Assembly (NCBI GenBank): GCA_032718475.1
Contig: JAUCBJ010002100.1
Span: forward strand, 1 to 44,133
Direction: 5' to 3'
Origin: Nemertoderma westbladi
Taxonomy: Eukaryota; Animalia; Xenacoelomorpha
Length of the DNA stretch: 44,133 bases
Shown: piece by piece, positions 1-10,994 of the stretch
How positions within the stretch are numbered: position 1 is the first letter of the stretch
How the letters are laid out: every line of letters begins with the position of its first letter
The notes under the pieces: generated by a model
Databases searched by the model: none
The model's input: only the letters and a program-made list of their open reading frames with translations
What the model was told of the DNA's origin: nothing
Translations under genes and position numbers: made by a program

Positions 1-683
1 TAGGTGTAGGTGTAGGTGTAGGTGTAGGTGTAGGTGTAGGTGTAGGTGTAGGTGTAGGTGTAGGTGTAGGTGTAGCTGTAGGTGTAGGTGTAATTAGTGT
101 GTTAATTAGTTAACTGTGTAGGTGTAGGTGTAGCTGTAGGTGAAGGTGTAGGTATATGTGTAGGTTTAGGTGTAGGCGTAGGTGTAGGAAGTGTAGGTGT
201 AGGCATAGGTGTAGGCCTAGGTGTAGGCATAGGTGTAGGCGTAGGTGTAGGCATAGGTGTAGGCGTAGGTGTAGGTGTAGGTGTAGGTCTAGGTGTAGGT
301 GTAGGCATAGGTGTAGGGGTAGGTGTAGGCATAGGTGTAGGCGTAGGCTTAGGCGTAGGCGTAGGTGTAGGTGTAGGTGTAGGTGTAGGTGAAGGTGTAG
401 GTGTAGGTGTAGGCCTAGGCGTACGTGTGGGTGTATGTGTAGGTGTAGGTATAGGTGTAGGTGTAGGCGTAGGTGTAAGTGTAAGTGTAGGTGTAGGCAT
501 AGGTATAGGTGTAGGCATAGGCGTAGGCGTAGGTGTAGGTGTAGGCGTAGGTGTAGGTGTATGTGTAGGTGTAGGTGTAGGTGTAGGTGTAGGTGTAGGT
601 GTAGGTGTAGGTGTAGGTGTAGGTGTAGGTGTTGGTGTAGGTGTAGGTGTAGGCGTAGGCATAGGCATAGCTGTAGGTGTAGG
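1..683 (+). repeat. (GGTGTA)n hexamer satellite with GGCGTA/GGCATA variants; runs off the window start
   Basis: Direct tandem TAGGTG repeats, with one short AT-rich interruption at ~93-115. Ends exactly at the TGTT terminus of the LTR. Confidence 0.98.
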
Positions 684-748
684 TGTTGCCGTTATTCCCG
701 ACACCAGGGGGGAAAACGCTGATGCTGGAGGCGGAATTTTCAGACCAC

Positions 749-754
749 TTTATT
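749..754 (-). promoter_or_regulatory. Putative polyadenylation signal AATAAA in the LTR
   Basis: TTTATT on plus, ~65 nt before the LTR 3' end in element orientation. Confidence 0.55.
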
Positions 755-1792
755 CCGGCCAGTCACCGGTTATTGGGAGTGGAGAAGGATGTTATCTGAG
801 ATGAAGAATTGTGGTTAGAGAAAAGTTTCATTGGTTGGATATAATCTTTAATGTAACTTGAACTCTGATTGAACTCTGATTGAGAATAATTTGGGCTTCC
901 CCACACCAATATACCAAATATTCACAATAATACACAATATGAAATTCCTGCAGTAAATTATTTAATTACCCACTGTTCGCTTAACTTTCAGATTTTTACC
1001 TAACTAATGTTCCCCATTTTCCCTCGGTCCGAATCCCGGTACCGTAGTGTCAGTGTAGGTCAATCCTTCGCTTGTCCGTCCCACCCTTCCCGAACCCTGA
1101 TGGGATCGGTCATCAGGAAAGCGGTACAGCTTAGCTAGGGTTCTGTCGGTTCATCGCAGGGTCCCAACCACCTAAGCTTTCCGAGTCCTTTTCAGGCTCG
1201 TAATCACATTAGTAGTCGAGAACCTGCTCCGAATAGTCGGTAGGTCAGTAAAGTCCGGTCCTCTGTCTTTTGACCCTGTCGCATGTCCGTCCCACCCTTC
1301 CCGAACCCTAACGGGATCGGTCATCAGGAAAGCAATACAGCTTAGCTAGGGGTCTGTCGGCCCATTGTGAGCCCCAACTGTCGGAGCTTTCCAAGTCCTT
1401 TTCAGGCTCGTACTAACGCCAGTCGTGGCACCCACCCCAGGAAGTCAGTCCTCGTCGAACCCTTCCTTTCCGTCCGGTTAGTCGATCCTTCGCAAGTCCC
1501 CAATGCGAAGACTCCGCCCGAGTCCTTTTCAGGCTCAGTCATAGCCAACGCACCGGGAACCGCTTAGGATCTGTCGGTCCCATCGCAAATCCCTAGTGCA
1601 TCGAGCAACGCCCAAGTCCTTTTCAGGCTTAGTCGCCACTGATGGCCAGGGACCGCTAAGGGCAGTCCTTGTCCCCAGACCTAGCAAGTTAACAACTACC
1701 GAAGTAGAAGGAGGTTGTCTAGGCCTCTAGTAACTATCAGGCAACCCTGACAGCCGAGAGTATTGCTTGATTTTACCTCCCACCCATGGCCC

Positions 1793-1799
1793 TTAAATA
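1793..1799 (-). promoter_or_regulatory. Putative TATA-like box (TATTTAA) in U3
   Basis: CTATTTAAGG on minus, ~160 nt into the LTR. Supported by position only. Confidence 0.35.
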
Positions 1800-1957
1800 G
1801 CTGAGATGGTTCCCGCACCCCGTAAGTCGCCCCAAGTTTCGCCCATAAATTGCCCCCAGTCTATCAAATGCACCCACCACTAATATTGGCATATTCATAA
1901 AATATAAATCCAAAAAATATGTAACTCGCGTTATGATAAATTGAAATACTGCAAACA

Positions 1958-1965
1958 GTCCCCCC
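1958..1965 (-). other. Polypurine tract (GGGGGGAC) priming plus-strand synthesis
   Basis: G6 run immediately upstream of the TGTT LTR start, as is usual for BEL/Pao elements. Confidence 0.75.
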
Positions 1966-2174
1966 AAATGACCTTAGATCGAGTTTGCGTAAGGTCATTT
2001 CCCCATATAAAAACCCAATTTTTATTATTGCATAGTCTATGATTAATTTGTCCTAGAGTTAGTTTACGTACATATAAAAATAAATGTTCGAATAAATGTC
2101 TATAAATGTCATGGTCTTTCATCTCCTGCTTTGATATGCTTTCCTTTTCTTCGCCCGTCGACTTTTATCTATCG

Positions 2175-4588
2175 CTAATGCGGATAGAGGGGCATCATTG
2201 GCCGACGTGAGAAGTGCCGCTGCCTGCCTCCTGGCAGCCCTTCCTCTGTTCTCCTTTCCAGCTCGGTGGTTCGAGCCGCCTGGAACCATTCTCCACCTCC
2301 AAACGCTTCGGTATACAAATATAGAGGTCTAATCACTTTGAAGGGACCGAATAGATTGGCGCTAAGCAATAAATCCACATAGTGGAAAGGCAAGGCCTTT
2401 ACCGTATGGAGGCGTTCGGGGAACCAGAAATATCCGCACGCCATCTCCTGTGCAACATTTCGAGTGCTCAATCGCGCTCTGGTCTTTATGTGGACGTTGG
2501 CATACTTTTCAAACATTACCATGTTCCCGGTAGCCGTAACATCCTTGGTAGGACATTTAATGTTGCACCGAGGGCTCACTGTATGCCCAAGGAAGCCGCA
2601 CGTCGTACAGACGTTATAAAGTGTCGGGCAAACTGCAACGTCGGTGCCCGGAGTGGCGCAATACGGACAATATACTATCCCAAGGATTTGGAAACACGGT
2701 TCGGTTACTCATTGTTTCTTACCGCGAGGACACTGCTCCGAACCACAGCTACTGCAATCATCTAGTTGCATTTCCCGACCGAAGAAGATAGGGATCTGTA
2801 CGCCGGCGTAATATTCCAATCGTCTATCCTTCTTGGGGATAATTGTTGTAATAGGAAGCCAGCGGAACGCCGCGCTGTCGTGGAGTTGGGCCTCACTTCG
2901 GGATTCCTCCTTATGGTCCGCTGGACGCATCTCGTGTGCCCGTTTCTGACGGTGAATGGGTGCCGGAGCGTTCGCCGAGGTAATCCCGAGGAGGTTCCCA
3001 GGAGTTGGTGGTATACCCTGTCCCTTTGTCACTTGGATTGCTGACCGGGTCCGCTGGGTACTAGTGCTCGGAGTTTCCGTGGACCAATCCTCTCCTCCAG
3101 GGAATGGGTAAGGAGATAACCTCCTGCATGTATGATCGAAGTCACTGAGTGCGAGTGTGGTAACTAGTTCTCTCGCCGGACTACTGGAGCCAAGCGGAGT
3201 AGTTACACCTGAGTCAGTCGTGACAATTTGCTTAGCGGCTGATCCGTAGGTAACTTCCGGTTTGTGTTGACGTTTTGGTGTGGATAACAGAACACCTTCG
3301 TGTTTCCATAACTCCTCTCCTTCCGACAACACTATAGGTTCCTCTGCATCAAGGAGATCGTTAATCTTTGGGATATCGAACGGTCCTTGCAGATCCCAGG
3401 ATTCGATTATTTTGAGCGTCTTGGTATGTCCCGGTGGGATATTCTGTACCGCCTTGTACGCGTGGTCGATCACCTCGTTCCATTCGTAGTCTATGAAGGC
3501 ATTGGGGACCGCGCTAATAAGCTTATCGAGGGTTTTACAGATAAACTTAGCGACTGTTTATGACTCTATCATTATGTAAATGTAGTTTCTTCGCTCCGGA
3601 ATATCCCAGCGGTGGATCGTCCACTTCCTCTCTACATCCTTCCAACGGTTCTCCCGCTCATGATGTATCGCTAAATCCGGATGCGCTCCGTAGATTTTAT
3701 TGTAGTCCGGGAACTTCTGTGGTTTAAAATCTAAACTGCCGTTTAGCACCGCTAGGTAGCCGATACTGGATTTGGTCCGTCTCACCTCTCTGAACCCGCC
3801 CATAAAGTCCGTGACCAGTAACAAGGCCAGCAGGGTTTGGGTGTCGATGAAGTGGCTGATCGCGCTAATGTCCTCTCTACGGTTCCTTCCGAATGGAGCG
3901 TTGATGTAGTTGTTTCGGAGGTCCGCCTTTATATCTGACCCGATTTTGATAATATCAAAGTCGAACAGGATCTCTGTTGTATCGCCGATGGTAGTTACCA
4001 GATCATTCCGGCTGTCCGTATTTCCTGTTGTGGTGTTGGAAATATTCGACATACCAGTGCCAATTCGTCTAGGGTTCCGAGGACGACGATTAGCGACCGA
4101 CCGTCCCGGTTTTGGATGACTGTCATACGGTCCTCTCGCAGCGTCGCCGTACATTCCGCAGTGTTTCCCCAGTGTGCGAGATATGTACTCTTATCATCGA
4201 TGAAACTCTGACATCGCGCCATTGTAACCGCCTTCGGAGTTGGCGTCGCGTTGCCCTCATTGTCATATATCAAGCACCAGGATTTGTAAACGGTATCCCA
4301 GAATGACAACTCTCCTTCTCCGGTTGCCTCAGCGTTCCGAGTTCTTTTCAGGCTCGTACTAGCATCGGACAACCGGAGCGCCTGCAGGTTACGGATATCC
4401 GGGCCCTCCTTCCCGGAGAAACGAATGACTCGCACATTCTCGCTCAACAGGGCGTTCCATTTCACATCAAAACTAGGAGATCCAGGCTGTGGATAGTCCA
4501 ATAAATCAATTGTTGTACGTAATCGCCAAGAATCTGGCGATTCGGGTCCATATTGTAAATTACGTCCATTACAAATTAATTCAGTTAA
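2175..4588 (-). pseudogene. Extra post-integrase ORF (~800 codons, unknown function) with C-terminal CCHC-like zinc knuckles; disrupted
   Basis: ORF-track pieces 4154-3558, 3473-2709 and 2579-2175 share one frame and are separated only by single stops (3558-3560, 2709-2711). The 4588-4155 part joins through one frameshift. Read-through gives CSSCGSEQC...C...YCPYCATPGTDVAVCPTLYNVCTTCGFLGHTVSPRC. Confidence 0.75.
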
Positions 4589-5111
4589 TTATAAATCCAG
4601 AAAGTCTGATTCTATAGCGACTGCAGAATAGTTACTTTTAATGTAGTTAATATTATTGATATATAGGCATCTATCATCTTATTGGTATTAAATTCAGTAT
4701 TTACAGTTACTATAGCTATACATTATTATCCAACGTTTCATGCGTTTCATGTCCGCTTCTTTTTTAAAATTCTTTTTACATTCCACATTTTATACGTTTT
4801 TGTCTTTTTTATTTCTATAGTTTATTCATTTCACTTTTCATTATTTCTATCACATTTCATCATTTATTCCACATTTCATCATTTATTCCACATTTCATCA
4901 TTTATTTCACATTTCATTGGGGTTATAGCCCCCTGGCTATACCTTGGATATAAGCGCACAACACCAGGGATGCGCATCATCACATTTTCATCATCATAAT
5001 AGTACACATCATCATTCAGTATATTGTTGAGTTATCTGTTTCTTTTAATCATTTCGTACTACTTTTAACCATCTTCTTAACCATTTTCGTTGTTTCGTTG
5101 TTTTCGTTTTT

Positions 5112-5395
5112 GTTACGCGGCAGTCTGGGATCTACAGCTGGACTCGTTACACCGCCTACACCCCAAACTCCTCACGTAACAAACAAAGAATAGAACGCTG
5201 GAAGTGAAGTCATGTGGAATGCACCAGGGACCCACCAGAATAATGTGGCTAAGGAACATAAAGCCTCTATCGACAAAGTCATGTTGAATGCACCATGGAC
5301 CCACCAGAATAACGCGATAGAGGGGGTGTTACGCGGCAGTCTGGGATCTAAGCTGGACTCGTTACACCGCCTACGCCCCAAACTGCACGCGTAAC
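5112..5395 (-). repeat. Duplicated ~68-nt hairpins (5112-5180, 5328-5395) flanking a duplicated ~40-nt motif (about 5207-5248 and 5276-5317)
   Basis: Both copies are closed by GTTACG...CGTAAC. GCAGTTTGGGG pairs with TCCCAGACTGC, with G-U wobbles only on the minus strand. Confidence 0.75.
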
Positions 5396-5670
5396 GGACA
5401 ACACAGGACAAACATAATGGACACAATGAATTCCACTTCGAAACTTTCCCGTTTCCGATAATCTAAGGTAGTTGGAACTGATGACCAAAATCAGGCTGAA
5501 CAAAACATAAACTACCCTGCGTCAGTCGAAACATCTGCAGGGTGATGCTGGACTCCACATAACACACGAGGAAACACAAATACCATGCGTGGTTACAGTT
5601 GGTTTAAGGGGGGTCCATAATCATTGTCAGTAAATCACATTTATAGAGTTTGTCAACAGGATGTGAAGGG

Positions 5671-8600
5671 TTAAACGGGTTTGTTATTGTCACCAATGTC
5701 CGCAGCAGGATCCGGAGTAGGGAACTTATCACCTCTCGTGGAGTCACCACTGTCATTGCCTTCGAGAAGGCAAAGCCTCTGGATAGGGCGTTGGTAGTGG
5801 CCCTTTGCCATTCGTATCGTCACCGTTCTCACAAGTCCATCTTTGCTAGGGGTTATTTCCACGACACGCGCCACAGGCCAGTGTACGCGGTCTTTAATGT
5901 CTTCCTTGACGAGTACCATGTCGCCAACTGCGACATTCCGGTATGTATCATTCCATTTCCTCCTCGTTCGAAGGGTTATAAGGTACTCCTGGGCCCAAAT
6001 TCTCAACCAATGCGCCGCCAGCGCTTGGGCTTTCTTCCAGTTTGTGTGTTTCACGATGTCATTGGGATCCGGGAAAATGGCCTCTGGAAGTATGTTGGTC
6101 TTAGGTCTACCAAGGAGATGGTTGGGTGTGAGGGGCTCCAGATCGGTTGTGTCATCATGGATGGGAACGATTGGCCGGTTGTTTAAGGTAGCCTTGATTT
6201 CGCAGAATGTGGTGCGCAATGTATCATGAGTGACCCTGGTATCCCCTAACGCGAACCGCATGGATCGTTTAACTAAATCAATGAGTTTCTCCCATACCCC
6301 GCTCGTATGGGGTGCTAAGGGTGTCTGGAAGTGCCATTGGATGTGGTGTTCCTTCCAGATGTGTGACGTGGTTTCATTAGTGAACCATCCTTCGATAGCC
6401 TCTCTTAGTTCCCTTTCTCCTCCCACAAAGTTCGTTCCGTTGTCCAAGTACATATGCCGGCATGAACCATTATTCGCTACTAACCGACGCAGGGCATTGA
6501 TGAATGCGTGCTGCGTGAGGTTCACTACAAGGTCCAGGTGGATCGCCCTTGACCGTAGGCATGTAAAGATGGCTCCCCAACAATTTAATGTTGGATCGTC
6601 GCTCTATAACTGTAAATGGTCCAAAGCAGTCTACGCCAGTTACGTAGAACGGCGGCGAGTCGGACTGGAGTCGCGTGGCCGGCAGATCGGCCATTCTTTG
6701 GGTGAGTGGTGGCGATAGATATCTCCCACAAGGGAAACACCGTTTCAATACTTTCCAAATTAGCGGCTGGATGTGGGTGATCCAGTATCGTTGATGGATA
6801 TTGGCTATGATCCTGTTTTGGCACGCGTGATGGTTCTCTTCATGACATTGTTGAACTAGCAGCTTAGCTAGTGTAGACGTTCCTGGCAGAAGTGACCGTT
6901 AATTTCATACTCAACCGGGGTGTTCGCCATCTGGGTATTAAGGCGGATCAATCAGTCCTCTCCCATCATGGGTCTCAACTGGTAGACCGGGCTATCAGGT
7001 TGCAAAGTCCTGCCCTCATTGAGCTGCTCCCATTCGTTGGGGAAACTTTCTTTCTGAACATATCTTACAATTAATTTCTCTGCGATAATGAGTTCTTGTA
7101 CACTCCGCTGAACTATCGGTTTGTTATCCTTCCACCGCAGGAAATTACGGAGGGTCATAACATGATGAATGAGATGTTTCATCGAGGAGGTCCGCTCTAT
7201 GAGGAGTCGTAAGGATGCGGCTGGTTGCTCAGTGGTCACAACATTATAGTGCATGCCCGAGTCCTTTGCAGGCTCAGTCAGGCTACTATAAATCTCCATG
7301 GTGGCGCTCCCACGGACCTTACAGATCTCCTTATCGTCCTCCGAGTATTTCCCGCTATCTAATCCGGGATCAAACCGGGTGCTCCAGGTCCATTGCGGTT
7401 GCTTTAGGAACTCCGGGCCCGTAAGCCAGAGTTTACTCCTACCGAGCTGTTGTGGGGTGGCGCCTCGGCTCGATAAGTCCGCCGGGTTCTCTTTCCCGTT
7501 TACATGATGCCACTGTTCTCAATTGGTGCACTGTTTTATCTCCATGGCCCGGTTCGCCACGAACGTTGTATGTCGTCGTGATGGTGAGTGGAGGTAGCAG
7601 AGCACTATGCTGGAATCGACCCAGAAATGTTGAGATTCAATGGGGATCCTCCGGTTTCGCATAATCATGCGGTTTTGTCTTACAGCCCAGACTGCGGCTT
7701 GCAGCTCGAGCCTTGGGATAGTTGCCACAAATTCCCCGGATACCTTCTTTGCTTTGGAGAACAAGAAACTAATATCACTGTTTCCGTCTTGGCTTAACCT
7801 CTGGATGTACGTAACTACCCCAATTCCGGTATTCTAGGCATCCGAGAAGGTATGGAGCTGGAATATGTCGGCGGGCAGCTTATCGAGAAAGAACGGTCGA
7901 GGAATCCGCATGAGGTGGAGCTGTTCAAGCTACTCCGTCCACTTTTTCCACTTGGCGCTTAGGTGTGGGGGGAGTTCCTCATCCCATCCCAGACCTTCGA
8001 TCCACATTTCTTTAATTAGATTCATTCCGGCTAACGTTACCGGTGATATGAAATTCAAAGGGTTGAAGATGGCGCTCTTCACAGATAGACAACCCCTCTT
8101 TGTCATTGGTTTGGGTAGGGGGTTGTGTTTGAAGATGAACTGGTCCAGTTTTATGTCCCATTCAATGCTGAGTACGCGGTGGTCTACACCCTCGGAGTAC
8201 ATTTTATCATTATCTAACTTGATCTCTTCCGGGAGCCTTTCCATAAGCTCTTTGTTATGTGATCTAAACTTAACTAGGAGGGGGAAACCTCCCCTCTTTA
8301 AACATTCCACCATTCCGATTGCGAGCTGTTATGCCTCATCAACATTCTCGGCGCCTGCGCATCCGTCGTCCACATAGAAACATCTCCGGATATGGTCTCG
8401 ATGACGGTCGGAGGGAACTCGTTTTCGCACATGGTCGCATCTTCTTTAGCATAGCGCTACACGCGACCGGCGAATCCTTTGCACCGAAAATCCGGAAGAT
8501 CATCTGCATTACGTCCACATCCGCCAAGGTAAGTTGATTTATTCCTTGTGGGGTTAATGTTTTGTCTGTCCATAGAATACGAAGGCAATCAGAATCTCGT

Positions 8601-10990
8601 GGTAAATTTTGGACCTGGTGGAACATTGCTTTGATGTCACACGTGAAGGCTACTTTGTTCTCCCGGAATCGGATCAATACACCGATTAGCGTGCTGTATA
8701 TGTTGGGTCTGGTATATAGTTGGCTATTCAACGACTCGCCTTGATACATAGCAGCAGCGTCATTCACCACCCGGATCTTACCGCCCTTCCGGGCCTCTAC
8801 CACATAGTGGGTAGGAAGATAGTAGGTTCGTTTTGTCCCCTGCAATTCGTCCGGGGGAACCATCTCTGCTAATCCATCTTCCAGGTATCCCTTAATCACG
8901 TTGTTATATTCCTCCTTGACCTTGGGTAGCTCGTGCAACCTGCACAAGATTCCCTTTAGCCTCCTCAGGGCCATACTAGCATTGTTAGCCATTGGTCTGT
9001 ATGGATCCTTCCATAACTTTGGCGAGCACCAATGCCCGTCCTTAAACACTGCTTTGTCTAGAACGTCCACACAGTATTGGTCCTCCTCCAGTGGGTTTTC
9101 TTCCTTTTCGGCGAATTCCTGGGTTTCCAGGTTAAAGTATTTCATCATCTCCTGTTGTGTCTTCTCCGCCTCCAAGAATAGATCCTCATTTATATCTGTC
9201 ACTGAACAGTGACCCAAGGAGGTTGTATTTCCTTCAATCTGACACTTCGGGAGGTATGTATAGGTATCGGTGGTTTCCTCTATAATCCCGCAGAGCGTCC
9301 ATCCCATTATGGTGCGCTCTGCGTAGAAACCGTCGTCCGGCTTCACGGAACGGGCGATATCTCCAGTGGGTATATGTAACTCTAGTGTATCGAGTCCGAT
9401 AAGTAACGTGATTCTGTTGACGTCCAATGGTGGGCATCTTAGGTCCACGTCCTCCCGATCTAGTTGTATAAGGGGTGCATATTCGGAGGATTGTTGGATT
9501 CACACTCTGAGATCGGTGTGTACCAGGGCATTTTTAATAGTCAGTTTCACCCTTTCATAACCCGCCATGACCCCTTCCACTCTGAGTTGCACCTCACCGG
9601 ATTCCACTTCCTTGTGGTCCGTAATAGTTTGTATGGGTCGCTTGCAGGGCTCTTATTCTAGGCCCAGCTGTTCCAGAAAGTCCCTGTCGATTATGGTCCC
9701 ATCTGACCCATTATCCAAGAATGCAAGTGGGGTCAGGGATTTCCCAATGCCTTGGATTCTCACCAGTATCACCTTGGTGAAAACCATATACCGCCGATTG
9801 ATCAGGTTGACCGTAGCCGATATACTGGTCACGTGTGCTACGTCAGCGGTAGCCTTGAACGGGTTCGTTTCTTTCCGCTGGATCATCCGAGAACCCTTCG
9901 AGACTTGGTTGGTTTCCCCTTTCCACTTGGATTCAATATGGAATGGTAATGTAGTAAAGTCGAAGTTTGCAGGAATGTGGAGGAACGTGTGGTGTCGTAA
10001 ATCATTACAAACCGCACAACAGGACCTCTGTTCGCAATCCCTTACATAGTGGCCTGTGCCAAGACACCGGAAGCATCCTCGGTGTTTCATTATTGCTTCA
10101 AAGCGATGGACTAGTTCTGCTAACTGGAACTTCCTGCAGAATTCTACCTTGTGCTTTTCTCCGCAGAAGAGACACAGAAGGGGGGCCGTGGTGCCTTCCC
10201 TCTCGGGCGCCCAATTTGCCAGATAGCATGCCCATTCTTCCGCTGATGTCGGTTCCTCGTAATCCTTGTCATCCGAATCTTCGGCAATGGTGATGGCCAT
10301 CGTACTCACAGGAGGAGGGTGGAATCTCGGTTTTGGAGCGGGTGTCCTGCTCCGAGGAGTGCTCTCTATCCCATCCATTTTGGAGAGACTCTGTTTAGAG
10401 AACATGGAGTCGTTCATGGCCTCTGAGATATCGTCTAGGAATGCCGACATTTCGAGAAAGCTAGGATCACGATCCGGGTGTCTTCGCCGGAGATCTACAC
10501 ATTTGTATGCCCATTTACTCTGTAGCCATCCGGGAAATTTCCGGGCAATTTGTCGAAGGTTGAGGATATTATTCACCTATTCTTCCTTGTTTAATGGTTT
10601 TAGAGTATAATAAGCATCCTTCATTGAGTCTGAGAACTCTTGAATATTCTACGGATCTCCTAGAGATCCAGCATCTTGTATCAGTTTTTCAAGTGTCTTA
10701 TTAATTATGGTTCCGACGTTGCTATATCTTTTATCGAGCATTTTCCACACATCGTGGTATGCTTCTGCTGGTATGTGGGATCCTCTTTCAAAATATCTCA
10801 CAATACGGCGTGGTTTGTCGCCCAGATACTGGGACAAATATACCAGCTTTTGCGCGTCGGTGATGTTCGTCGATCCGATTTGAGCGAAAAACCGTTTTTA
10901 AACCCAAGATAGTCGATGGGGTCGCCCTCGAAGGTACGTATTTCCATCTTTGGCATAGCCAGACGGTTCACCAAGGCTCGTATGATGCGG
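5671..10990 (-). pseudogene. BEL/Pao gag-pol polyprotein, fragmented by frameshifts and stops
   Basis: Gag PKMEIRTFEGDPIDY; three knuckles CLFCGEKHKVEFC, CFRCLGTGHYVRDC, CAVCNDLRHHTFLH; protease FLDNGSDGT; RT KIRVVNDAA, DIKAMFHQV, FYVDD (~8365-8379); RNaseH TIPRLELQAA; integrase DCFGP, DNGTNFVG, GVWEKLI; C-terminal EYLITLRTRRKW...VGDMVL...WPVARV. Confidence 0.95.
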
Positions 10991-10994
10991 TAGC

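Larger units (their letters stand above)
684..1957 (-). repeat. 3' LTR (~1.27 kb) of the BEL/Pao element
   Basis: Minus strand begins TGTTTGC (1957) directly after a GGGGGGAC tract and ends GGCAACA (684). Positions 1170-1381 recur at 13532-13747. Contains internal ~210-bp tandem subrepeats (about 1070-1280 and 1280-1490). Confidence 0.8.

Noticed and set aside
102-804. Pro-Thr and Gly-Val repeat ORFs
   Set aside because: Same hexamer artefact, running into the LTR.
1265-1335. Hammerhead-like CUGAUGA-stem-GAA in the LTR subrepeats (also ~1085-1120 and 13625-13700), minus strand
   Set aside because: GAA is followed by GGGUGG, so the A15.1-U16.1 pair and stem III cannot form. CUUUC can pair locally with GAAGG instead. 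In the 13.6-kb copy a downstream GUC-GAAAG could complete stem I, but stem III still fails.
2175-4588. env gene call for the post-integrase ORF
   Set aside because: No visible signal peptide, fusion peptide or transmembrane anchor; the Cys residues cluster in zinc-knuckle spacing.
5650-10912. Numerous plus-strand ORFs over the LTR element
   Set aside because: Antisense shadows of gag-pol with no recognisable motifs.
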